From Candidatus Nomurabacteria bacterium RIFCSPHIGHO2_02_40_30 (lineage in GTDB: Bacteria; Patescibacteriota; Minisyncoccia; Phycocordibacterales; UBA9973), in assembly GCA_001785445.1 (NCBI GenBank), contig MFTV01000016.1, positions 95,653 through 159,652 on the forward strand: a DNA stretch of 64,000 nucleotides, given 5' to 3'. A program made the position numbers and the translations under genes. Below, piece after piece: positions 47,855 to 56,567 of the stretch (the stretch's first letter is position 1; every line of letters begins with the position of its first letter). A model generated the notes under the pieces. The model was given only the letters and a program-made list of their open reading frames with translations. It was not told the DNA's origin and did not search any database.

Positions 47855-49846
47855 TTACGCATTTACTTCAAATGTCTCAAAGTATTCTTCCCCAAGCACA
47901 TCTACAATCTTGATTGCGACAGTGTATTTACCTTTCTTTTGGTACTCCCACGAATACTTGGCTTTAATAATTTCTTTCTTGTCTGGCAGGTCTATCACTT
48001 CAGCATTAAATAATTTGCTGTTATAATCCACGTCAATAGCAACACTATCAATGATTTGCTTGAAGTCATTAACTTTTGTTTTATGCTCTTTCTTGAGTAC
48101 CTTCTCGTTTTCAATCTCTAGCTTTCGCATTAGTATAGGAGAATAAAAATCATTGAGCTCAACAGTAAGCTTTTTATCTTTCACTTTCATTTCAATTTTC
48201 GCTTCTGGTTTTTTCTTAAAGATAAGGTTTTTCTTATCAGTCAAAATATCTCTAACTTCAATTTTAACACCCGTCTTGTTTTCCTTCTTAATAAAATCCA
48301 TTACATCAAGTTCCATTCCTGAACAAACAACGAGTACTCCTTCTTCGTAAACTGCATCTCTTGCTTTTGATTTTATCTTCACAGTAAAGCTATCTAGTTT
48401 ATCTCCTATACTCTTGAGCATTGTGCGAATGTCCATCTTGTTTAAAACTCGATTAAGAGACATTATCTTAACAAAGTTCTTGTCTAAAACACCATCAAAG
48501 TAAATTCGCTTTACTGGTTCTATCCCATACATCTCCATCACGATTTCTTTTGCCTCAAGCTCGTTTTTAAACACATCATAATCGTTCACATTGAGTATTT
48601 TGAAACCAAGTGAACCTTTAAAGTTCTTTGTTTTTTCTTTTTGCTGGTCTGTAATAATTTGACCGAGCCGTTTTGTGCTTGTTTGTATTGCCCCTATGTT
48701 AATATCGCACCCTATCCATCGTCGTCCGAGCTTCTGTGCAACAGCACAAGTAGTACCAGAGCCGAGAAAGAAATCCGCAACAAGGTCTTTCTCATCTGAG
48801 GATGCTTCTATTACTCTTTTGAGTAAAGCTTCAGTTTTTTGTGTCGGATAACCTGTATCTTGACCTGGAGTCGTACCAAGTCCTGCTATATCTTCCCATA
48901 TATTATCCACGGCTCGTTCTGCAATATATTTACTCCCCTTCTTTTTTAGATAATACTTCACACCAACACTACCACCATTACTACAAGAAACTGTTTTCGT
49001 CTCTTCATTAAAAACAACTTTACCACCAAAAGGCGCATATAGACGTCCTTCTTTATGAAGTTTTTTCAGTGTCTCAAAGCCAGAAGAACCTGGGTCAGAG
49101 GAATGGAAATACCCTCCCTCATCTTTCCTATACTCACTCGCCGCTTCTTCTTCCGTTAGCTTTGTTTCTTTCTTTTGAGAATGCCAAGTCGTTGGATACT
49201 TTTTATTTTTTGCATAGATGTTTAAAAAATGTGTACTATAAGCATAATAAAAAGCATTGACCTTTGCCCCACGAGCAACCTGACTTCTCCATGAGATAGT
49301 ATTTAAATAGCTGTCCTCACCAAAAACATCATCTAATAAAAGTCGTATATGATGTTCTTTTCTATGGTCGCAGTGAACATATATTACCCCCTTTTCCGAA
49401 AGAAGTTCTTTCATAAGAAGGATGCGCTCATACATAAACTGCAAGAACTCGTCATTTGCCCAAATGTCGGAATATTGTTTTTCTTCTAGCAAGCCTTGTT
49501 GTATACCCTCTATTTTCTCCCCTCGTATTTTCACACGCCTCACATACTCTGCTTCACTAGCAAATGGAGGGTCAATGTATATCAAATCAACCTTACCACG
49601 ATAGTTCTTTAAAAGGTGAGAAAGGACTTGGAGATTATCCCCCCAAAATAGTTTGTTGAAATCCTCTGCACTCTTATCGCCATACACCTCAGTTTCTTGT
49701 GCAGGATAAAATTGTACACCCTCAAGGGGTTTTTTACCTACCCACTGGAGAAGCGGACGACCTTTTGCTTGTTCTACTTTTTGATACTGTTGTTCTTTTT
49801 GATTTTTCATAACATTTTTTTCACTCTTACATTCCATAAATAGCAT
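47855..49846 (-). CDS. mod: type III R-M Mod subunit (beta-class N6-adenine DNA methyltransferase)
   Basis: Motif IV 'DLIYIDPPF' precedes motif I 'DFFLGSGTTCAVA'. Lies 5 bp upstream of res. Confidence 0.8.
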   Translation of the reverse strand: MLFMECKSEKNVMKNQKEQQYQKVEQAKGRPLLQWVGKKPLEGVQFYPAQETEVYGDKSAEDFNKLFWGDNLQVLSHLLKNYRGKVDLIYIDPPFASEAEYVRRVKIRGEKIEGIQQGLLEEKQYSDIWANDEFLQFMYERILLMKELLSEKGVIYVHCDHRKEHHIRLLLDDVFGEDSYLNTISWRSQVARGAKVNAFYYAYSTHFLNIYAKNKKYPTTWHSQKKETKLTEEEAASEYRKDEGGYFHSSDPGSSGFETLKKLHKEGRLYAPFGGKVVFNEETKTVSCSNGGSVGVKYYLKKKGSKYIAERAVDNIWEDIAGLGTTPGQDTGYPTQKTEALLKRVIEASSDEKDLVADFFLGSGTTCAVAQKLGRRWIGCDINIGAIQTSTKRLGQIITDQQKEKTKNFKGSLGFKILNVNDYDVFKNELEAKEIVMEMYGIEPVKRIYFDGVLDKNFVKIMSLNRVLNKMDIRTMLKSIGDKLDSFTVKIKSKARDAVYEEGVLVVCSGMELDVMDFIKKENKTGVKIEVRDILTDKKNLIFKKKPEAKIEMKVKDKKLTVELNDFYSPILMRKLEIENEKVLKKEHKTKVNDFKQIIDSVAIDVDYNSKLFNAEVIDLPDKKEIIKAKYSWEYQKKGKYTVAIKIVDVLGEEYFETFEVNA

Positions 49847-49936
49847 TGTAAGAAATTGATAATGGCTTCCGTTATTCCTAGTATTCAGTATATTATAGTT
49901 TCAAGTATTTATACATATTTCCATATTAAGCTTCTA

Positions 49937-49976
49937 CGCTTTTTCTGCGAAAAGTATCTGCTACACTATATCACAC
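49937..49976. promoter_or_regulatory. ~40 bp conserved upstream motif (copy 1) shared by two element operons
   Basis: cgctttttctgcgaaaagtatctgctacactatatcacac lies upstream of mod. A similar motif at 51006..51045 lies upstream of the HEXXH/CPBP genes. Confidence 0.4.
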
Positions 49977-50028
49977 TATTTTAGTCAGTTTTTTTATTAG
50001 TTTTTAACCTTTTAAGAACTAATACAAA

Positions 50029-50475
50029 TCAAGCTTTTACTATAATGTTGTAGAGTAAATGCAAGTAGACTGGAATTAGTAAAGCAAATGAATACCAAAT
50101 ACTCTTAAAAGATAAGTATTTCGGGTTGGTTGCTAAGTAAAAGAAGTAAGCCATTACAAGTCCAAGTATGACATGAACCCAAAAAGGAACTATACTAGCT
50201 TTTCCATAAGCCATTAAATGGTAAATTCCTTCCATGAAACCAAAACCAATACTTACGAATGGAATTGTAGAGGGTGTTAAATAAGCAATTCTTATTAAGA
50301 GTAATGCTGTTCCGAACTTTAATCCCTCTTCTAGCCATGGACCATAGGATATTGAGCTATAGGATGAAAGAAAACTAGGAAATAAATGAAAAAATAAAAT
50401 AATGAGACAAAGCAAACTTCCTCCAGCAAAAAAAGATGCTATTGCTTGAAGAAATAATAACTGCTTTTGAGACAT
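50029..50475 (-). CDS. CPBP-family (CAAX protease/Abi-like) intramembrane protein
   Basis: Multi-TM. Motifs 'PWLEEGLKFG' (EE), 'FMEGIYH' (FxxxH) and 'HLLYN' (HxxxN). Confidence 0.55.
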   Translation of the reverse strand: MSQKQLLFLQAIASFFAGGSLLCLIILFFHLFPSFLSSYSSISYGPWLEEGLKFGTALLLIRIAYLTPSTIPFVSIGFGFMEGIYHLMAYGKASIVPFWVHVILGLVMAYFFYLATNPKYLSFKSIWYSFALLIPVYLHLLYNIIVKA

Positions 50476-50493
50476 TTTACAAAATTTTTATTG

Positions 50494-50958
50494 TTAATTG
50501 CTTTTCTTCCCCGACTGTAGTTGCCAACTTTTATATACATACCTTTTGAATGACCCAGTGAAATGAGGTTGCAACCATTGAATAGCTTGCTTATCAGCAC
50601 TTCTTTCTCGTTTAATGTTTACCGCAGGATTTGTATCATTAATACTTACAAATCCATGCCTAAGATATGCATGTGCAACTTCATGAGCAACGACAAATGT
50701 TATAGCTTTTTTATTTTCAAACCAAAGTACATTAGACAACAATATTATATTTTGTTTGCTTTTAAGACGAAAATCACTGAGAGATAAATGTATTCCCCTG
50801 TAGTCTTTTTCTAAAGAAACAAAAACACATTTCTCAATAACAAAATCTATGACTTTTTCTGGCAAGTAAGACAAAGCTGTGGAGAGAGGAACTCTTGCAT
50901 ATTCAGGGATGAAATCAGTATCTCCCAATTCATAGTCAATCTTTTCTAGTGTGTGCAT
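50494..50958 (-). CDS. HEXXH zinc metallopeptidase-like protein (ImmA/IrrE/SprT-like)
   Basis: 'FVVAHEVAHAYLRH' HExxH motif. 154 aa. Confidence 0.55.
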   Translation of the reverse strand: MHTLEKIDYELGDTDFIPEYARVPLSTALSYLPEKVIDFVIEKCVFVSLEKDYRGIHLSLSDFRLKSKQNIILLSNVLWFENKKAITFVVAHEVAHAYLRHGFVSINDTNPAVNIKRERSADKQAIQWLQPHFTGSFKRYVYKSWQLQSGKKSN

Positions 50959-51005
50959 AAGAATATTATAATAATTATACTTCAGGTATGTTCTTTGGTT
51001 TCTGG

Positions 51006-51045
51006 CCTTTTCACACGAAAAGTATCGGCCTACCTATATGACACA
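51006..51045. promoter_or_regulatory. ~40 bp conserved upstream motif (copy 2) near right end of element
   Basis: ccttttcacacgaaaagtatcggcctacctatatgacac is similar to 49937..49976. It overlaps hairpin GGCCTAcctatatgacacaaacaTAGGCC followed by a T-run. Confidence 0.4.
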
Positions 51046-51074
51046 AACATAGGCCTGTTTTTTTTATTACTTTT

Positions 51075-52103
51075 TTAAGCATAATAAGGTTCTATTTGTG
51101 GGACATCTATTAATGTGTAAGTCCTGCTATATGGACTTTTTACACTTAGCGGAACACCTTTTAGAAACAAAACTCCTCTGTGAGCCAGTGTCACTTCTCC
51201 TGGTTTAGGGTATGTTCCTCCACCAACGATAGATACGTAAGAAGATGTATGATGTGGAGCACGAAAAGGCGGAAAGCAAACCAATTCCCCTCGAATATTT
51301 CCTGCCACGGAGTGAATGCCTGTTATCTCCAGCACTTCTTCGGTACTTAAGTCTGGCAATAACCCAGAGAATACTCTGGCCAGCATGGTCTTGCCTGTGC
51401 CCGGCGGGCCATACATGGCTATGTTGTGCCCGCCGGCAGCCGCTATCTCGAGCCCGCGCTTGGCGCCTTCTTGCCCTCTGATATCAGCGAAATCCCCGCT
51501 CTGATTCTCTTTGGTTTCTTTTTTATAATTTATTTTAGTTCTTGGCTGAGGAATAATTTTCTTCTGTTTACGTTCCGGATTTTTTGTTTCGTCAATATGC
51601 GAAATAACGTTTTTGAGGCTTTCAGCGCCAAAAATTTTTATACCTTCCACTAAGGCTGCTTCCACTGCATTTTCTTTCGGCAAATATATTTCTTCGTAAC
51701 CTTTTCTCTTTGCTTCTTCCGCCAAAGGCAATGCCCCACGAATACTACGCAGTGTGCCGTCAAGACCAAGCTCGCCAAGGAAAATTTTTTTTTCTGAATT
51801 AAATTTAATTTCTCCTGCTGATTTTAAGTAGGCCATAGCGATAGCCAAATCGAAAAACGGTCCTTCTTTCTTCAGGTCAGCCGGCGAGAGCGACACGGTG
51901 ATTTTCTGATTTTTAGCCTTAGGAGATTTATAACCGGAATTCTTTATGGCCCCACTTACCCTGTCTTTCGACTCGTCCACAGCTTTGTCCGGCAAGCCCA
52001 CCACAGAAAAAGTATGTAGACCTTTCGACAAGTCTACTTCTATGGTCACGATAGCTCCTTTTAACAAATTTACTTGTGCTGAATAAACTTTAGCAAAGCT
52101 CAT
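51075..52103 (-). pseudogene. comM: 5' (N-terminal) fragment of comM/yifB; comM-derived part is 51162..52103 and the last 28 codons are read-through into the inserted element
   Basis: Lon-like N-terminal domain, Walker A 'IAMYGPPGTGKTML', '...RAPHHTSSYVSIVGGGTYPKPGEVTLAHRGVLFL', then unrelated 'KGVPLSVKSPY...*'. Confidence 0.8.
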
Positions 52104-52104
52104 T

Positions 52105-52461
52105 TTAATTTTCTAAGTGTTTCTTGCAGGTTCGAGCAGCAGGGTTCGCTTCTAGGCGGGCTATCTCAATATCTTTTTTACATACTTCGCATTTGCCGAA
52201 AGAATCTCTATTTAGTCCCTTGAGCGCCTTCAGAATATTATTAAGTCTTGGTTCCAATGTTCGGAGCATTGAGCTTCGAGCTTCGAAGTCCTCAAATCTG
52301 TCGGCCATGTCGTTTTGGTCTGACTCCGGGATGTCTTGCTCTTCTGGAGTAGCCTCCCATTCACCTGTGTCAGTATTCAATTTCCCCATGTCGCGCAATT
52401 CTTCAAGCAGAATGTCCCTTTCTATCTCTAATTTTTCTTTTATTTTTTTCTTATCTAACAT
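52105..52461 (-). CDS. DksA/TraR-family C4-type zinc-finger protein
   Basis: Coiled-coil N-terminus and 'CEVCKKDIEIARLEANPAARTC' resembling the DksA/TraR zinc finger. Confidence 0.65.
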   Translation of the reverse strand: MLDKKKIKEKLEIERDILLEELRDMGKLNTDTGEWEATPEEQDIPESDQNDMADRFEDFEARSSMLRTLEPRLNNILKALKGLNRDSFGKCEVCKKDIEIARLEANPAARTCKKHLEN

Positions 52462-52548
52462 CCCAGTATGAAAATTTTAGCTTTAATAATAATCTTTGTG
52501 TCACGTAATCAAAAATTTCATACGGGACAGGTGCCTAGATAATAACAT

Positions 52549-53493
52549 CTACTTCTTGATTTGGCTACCAGAGAGACGAAGCATTATCTCGCGGGCAGCA
52601 CTTTTAGTATTAGTAACAACAATGGAAGTATCATCCGCAAATATATACATCATTACTATTTTCCTGTCTCTGTCATAAAGAATCCGAGCGTTTTTATTTT
52701 CAATAACCCCATCTTCGAAATCTGCCGTCAACAAATACTTTGTCGTGGGGGAGATAGGAACTCCGAAGAAACCATGCAAATCAAGGAACATTTTATTTTC
52801 CCAATTATGTAAAAGGCTAAAAACATCAGAAAGCGTTCGCACTTTTAGCAGGATAAAAAAGTCTTTAGCCTCGCTATTCACAACACCCATTAAGAAGTTG
52901 TCGTTGACCAAGCTAATGCCACCATGAGTGTCATCCGGAGCTAAGTTTCCACTCAAGAGAGCAATAAACTTTCTAAGTTCCGCTATTTTTTTATTTTCTG
53001 TAATGTAAATTCCCTCTATTCCGCCAACCTTTACCTCTGTTCCTTTTACTTTATTTAAAATAGTTTGAGATATCTCGTCTTTACTAAACCCTGCCACCTC
53101 CACGAAAGAGCTTTTATCATTAAAGATTATCGGGGTAAACTGATTTCCTATTTCAACCGTTTTAACATCTGTTTTAAAGAAAAAAGATAAAACTGCCAAA
53201 GCTATTGTAAAAAGCAACATGCTTAAAAGCATAAATAACTTATTCTTTTTTGACTGCGGAGACAATTCCCTCTTTTCTTTTTCTGCTTCCTCCTCCCCGT
53301 GAATTATTTTTTTTACCAAGCCGCTTGTGTCATTTTCAATAACCCCAGCCATGTCTTCGGCATAAGTTTGAACCAGTTTGTTTTTTGCTTCCGTATCGTT
53401 TTCCATAACTGCGGAATAATTAAGACTTCTTGAAAAAATCTTTATCAGCTTCTTTGATTGATAAGCCGATTCTCCCCTTCTCTCTATCCACAC
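52549..53493 (-). CDS. membrane-anchored hypothetical protein (probable start at 53406)
   Basis: One TM ('LFMLLSMLLFTIALAVLSFFF') followed by a soluble domain. The upstream Met would overlap pnp, so an internal start is likely. Confidence 0.4.
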   Translation of the reverse strand: MWIERRGESAYQSKKLIKIFSRSLNYSAVMENDTEAKNKLVQTYAEDMAGVIENDTSGLVKKIIHGEEEAEKEKRELSPQSKKNKLFMLLSMLLFTIALAVLSFFFKTDVKTVEIGNQFTPIIFNDKSSFVEVAGFSKDEISQTILNKVKGTEVKVGGIEGIYITENKKIAELRKFIALLSGNLAPDDTHGGISLVNDNFLMGVVNSEAKDFFILLKVRTLSDVFSLLHNWENKMFLDLHGFFGVPISPTTKYLLTADFEDGVIENKNARILYDRDRKIVMMYIFADDTSIVVTNTKSAAREIMLRLSGSQIKK

Positions 53494-55531
53494 TTATCAC
53501 CTTTACAGGGACAATCATGCCTTCCTTTATTATATCGATAACTCTCTCTACACGCCATGGGGCAATCTCGGAAATATGTACCATGCCATCCGTAGAAGCA
53601 TTTAGTTTAACAAAGGCTCCAAAGTCAGCAACTTTAACTATTTCCCCTTTCAAGATTTCTCCAACTCTAAACTCGCGTGTCATATCTAGAACTATAGCCC
53701 TTGCTTCTTGTGCCGATATCCCTTTACCGGTGAAGTACACTGTGCCGTCGTCTTCAATAGTTATTTCCGCGCCACTTCTTTCCTTTATTTCTTTAATGGT
53801 CTTTCCACCACCGCCAATAACCAGTCCTATTTGGTCGGGATTGATTTTAATAATTAGTATTTTCGGAGCATTTGCAGATATATCCGGTCGAGGAGATGGT
53901 ATTTCTTTTTCAATTCTGTCTATTATGGCCACTCTCGCAGCCTTGGACTGAATCATAGCTTCACCTAGTATTTTTATCGGCACTCCCTCCACTTTTACAT
54001 CAAGCTGGATGGCCGTCACACCCTCCTTCGTGCCTGCAATTTTGAAATCCATATCGCCATGATGGTCTTCGGGTCCTTGGATATCGGTGAGGATTTTATA
54101 ACTGGTATCATTTTTGTACATTAATCCCATGGCAATACCGGCCACCGGTGCTTTTATTGGAACTCCGCCGTCCATAAGCGCTAGTGTGGAAGCGCAGATT
54201 GAAGCTTGAGAGGTCGAACCATTAGAGGCCATTGATTCAGATACAACTCGAATAGTGTAAGGAAAATCTTCAACTGCCGGCAATACCATAGCTAGAGCTT
54301 TTTCAGCTAATGCTCCGTGTCCCACTTCTCGGCGATTGGTAAAGCCGGCTCTGCCGACTTCGCCCCCAGAATAAGGCGGAAAATTATAATGGTGCATGAA
54401 CCTTTTTTCAGTTTTAGTTTGCATGCCGTCCACCATGTGTCTGTCTTCCGGACCACCGAGAGTGAGTACCGAGAGTACGTGTGTGCCACCGCGATAGAAA
54501 ATTCCGGAGCCGTGCAAAACAGAAGAAATTCCTCCAGCTTGCGCATATAGGTCTCGAAGTTCGTCCATGGCTCTGCCATCCGCACGTTTATTTTCGTTGA
54601 TAGCTTTCTCGTGTAAGATGTCATTTTCTGTGTCATCAAATAAATTATCTTCTATAGCGAAATCTTCGCGCTCTGGATATTTTTCCGCCACTAGATTGTT
54701 CCATTCTGTGTGCAGGTTGTCTATTTTTGTCTTGCCCGCTCCGGAAAAAATAGCGTCTGCCATTTTTGGTAAGATATTTTCGTTAAAAAGCTTAACGGAA
54801 GTATCAGAAATTTTTTCCCTGTCTATTACCCTCTTCTCCTTGCCTAAGTCGATAGCTATTTTCTTTTGGAAATTTTCCAATTTGGTAATTTCTTCGCTGG
54901 CTTTGCTTAAAGCATCCTCTAATTCTTTTTCGTCCGTCTGGTGCGCTGACGCCTCGATCATATTTATGTTGCCATCTTTACCGCATACAGTCAGGTCAAA
55001 TTTATATTGGTCGTCGTTTTCACGTAATTTTTGAGATGGATTTATTTGTAAAGTATCGGTGTCATATTTTCCGATTCGAACACAGCCGATAGGCCCATTC
55101 CAAGGAATATTTGACACCGCCAAGGCCAAAGAGGCCGCATTTACGGCCAAAATTGTAGGGTCGTTGTCGTCTACGGAAATAACTGTCACTATTACCTGCA
55201 CTGCATGGCGAATTGACTGTTCGAAAAGTGGGCGAAGAGTGCGATCGATAACCCGACTAGCCAAAATAGCGTCCTCGCTTGGTTTACCCTCTCTCTTTAC
55301 AAATCTTGAGCCTGAAATTTTTCCTGCAGCGTAAAATCTTTCCACATAGTCAACCGTTAAATTAAAAAATCCTAAGCCTTTTTGCTTGTCGTGTGACATG
55401 CAAGTGGTGGCGAGGACTATCGTCTCGCCATATTTTAACATTACGGAGCCATGAGCTTGCTCTGCCAAGTCTGTAAAAATAGCAGTTAAAGTTTTTCCAC
55501 CAATCTCTACACTATATTCTTTTTTTTGCAT
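53420..55531 (-). CDS. pnp: polynucleotide phosphorylase
   Basis: Two RNase PH domains, KH 'VIGGGGKTIKEIKE' and S1 'VGEILKGEIVKVADFGAFVKL'. 703 aa. Confidence 0.95.
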   Translation of the reverse strand: MQKKEYSVEIGGKTLTAIFTDLAEQAHGSVMLKYGETIVLATTCMSHDKQKGLGFFNLTVDYVERFYAAGKISGSRFVKREGKPSEDAILASRVIDRTLRPLFEQSIRHAVQVIVTVISVDDNDPTILAVNAASLALAVSNIPWNGPIGCVRIGKYDTDTLQINPSQKLRENDDQYKFDLTVCGKDGNINMIEASAHQTDEKELEDALSKASEEITKLENFQKKIAIDLGKEKRVIDREKISDTSVKLFNENILPKMADAIFSGAGKTKIDNLHTEWNNLVAEKYPEREDFAIEDNLFDDTENDILHEKAINENKRADGRAMDELRDLYAQAGGISSVLHGSGIFYRGGTHVLSVLTLGGPEDRHMVDGMQTKTEKRFMHHYNFPPYSGGEVGRAGFTNRREVGHGALAEKALAMVLPAVEDFPYTIRVVSESMASNGSTSQASICASTLALMDGGVPIKAPVAGIAMGLMYKNDTSYKILTDIQGPEDHHGDMDFKIAGTKEGVTAIQLDVKVEGVPIKILGEAMIQSKAARVAIIDRIEKEIPSPRPDISANAPKILIIKINPDQIGLVIGGGGKTIKEIKERSGAEITIEDDGTVYFTGKGISAQEARAIVLDMTREFRVGEILKGEIVKVADFGAFVKLNASTDGMVHISEIAPWRVERVIDIIKEGMIVPVKVISVDREKGRIGLSIKEADKDFFKKS

Positions 55532-55681
55532 TTTTTTCTCGCCCCGAGTTTACCCGAGGGGTAGTTCGTATCCAGACTACAGTGTTGTTCTATATATAGA
55601 ACACTACTTTGTGTCTAGACGCGAACGGATTAACTGGTAATTGTCTAGTATCCTAGCACTTTGAGCGAAGAAAGCAAGAAT

Positions 55682-56191
55682 TTATCTTGAGCCTATCAGA
55701 TATTTTCTGGGATTGTCTCCCAAGTCTACAAAGTCGTCTACGGCTTCACGGAGTTTGCCGGAAGTTGATTTACCAAATGAAACCACTTCTACTTGCACGC
55801 CGATGGTCTGTAAGTATTCTACAAGTGGCACAAAGTCTCCGTCACCGGAAACTATTACCACAGAATCTAGGCGAGGAGACATTTTAATAGCGTCCACAGC
55901 CAGCCCCACGTCCCAGTCGGCCTTTTTTGTGCCACCGGCAAATATTTGCAAATCTTTTGTTTTGGTTTCAATGCCTAGCTTAGAGAGCGCTTCAAAAAAG
56001 TTTTTTTCATCTCCGGCTTCAGTGGTGATGACGTAGGCTACTGCCCGCACCAGCTTCCTGCCGGCCACAGCATCTTTCAAAACCGCGCCGAAATTAACTC
56101 GTGCTTTGTATAAGTTGCGAGCGCAGTGATATAGATTTTGAGTATCGATAAATACCCCAACTCTTTGTTCTTTATGTTTTATGACTGTCAT
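55682..56191 (-). CDS. NYN/LabA-like domain protein
   Basis: 'RVGVFIDTQNLYH' and 'VVIVSGDGDFVPLV' match the NYN (PIN-like) signature. Confidence 0.7.
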   Translation of the reverse strand: MTVIKHKEQRVGVFIDTQNLYHCARNLYKARVNFGAVLKDAVAGRKLVRAVAYVITTEAGDEKNFFEALSKLGIETKTKDLQIFAGGTKKADWDVGLAVDAIKMSPRLDSVVIVSGDGDFVPLVEYLQTIGVQVEVVSFGKSTSGKLREAVDDFVDLGDNPRKYLIGSR

Positions 56192-56229
56192 ATGTTTAAT
56201 TGTAGCACAAAAGAAAATTCGGAGAAAAA

Positions 56230-56493
56230 CTAAACTAGCTCCATTTTCTTGACCAATGCGTTGTAACGAGTCTTATTTGTTCTTTCTAGGTACTTCAAAT
56301 GAGTGCGTCTGTCGGCAACCATCTTTATTAGACCTCTCCTAGAATGATTATCTTTCTTGTGTTTCTTTAAATGTTTAGCTAATTCATCAATTGCGGCAGA
56401 AATAACAGCTACTTGCACTTCAGTAGAGCCTGTATCTTTGTCATGAATCTGATTTTTCTTAATAATTGACTGCTTTTTCTTGGTTGCTAACAT
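56230..56493 (-). CDS. rpsO: 30S ribosomal protein S15
   Basis: 'DTGSTEVQVAV...KKDNHSRRGL'. 87 aa, upstream of pnp. Confidence 0.95.
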   Translation of the reverse strand: MLATKKKQSIIKKNQIHDKDTGSTEVQVAVISAAIDELAKHLKKHKKDNHSRRGLIKMVADRRTHLKYLERTNKTRYNALVKKMELV

Positions 56494-56567
56494 TCATATA
56501 TAGTAGCATAAAACGCTTAAAAATGCAACCTGCATCGTGTCGCACAATATTATGCTAAAATGTAAGC

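Larger units (their letters stand above)
35919..51161. mobile_element. ~15.2 kb integrative element inserted in comM (serine-recombinase type), carrying replication, R-M and defence cargo
   Basis: The two halves of comM flank this segment and the junction is between ...GVLFL and DEFPEF.... It encodes a large serine recombinase and a prim-pol/helicase. Its GC content is lower than the flanks. Confidence 0.8.

Noticed and set aside
53407-53493. 74-nt overlap between the 314 aa membrane protein ORF and pnp
   Set aside because: An internal Met at 53406 gives a non-overlapping start. The long overlap is probably an ORF-caller artefact.
55532-55681. pnp leader hairpins as a novel regulatory RNA
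   Set aside because: The structured 5' leader upstream of pnp is the expected RNase III/PNPase autoregulatory leader, not a new element. The pairing is imperfect and not analysed further.
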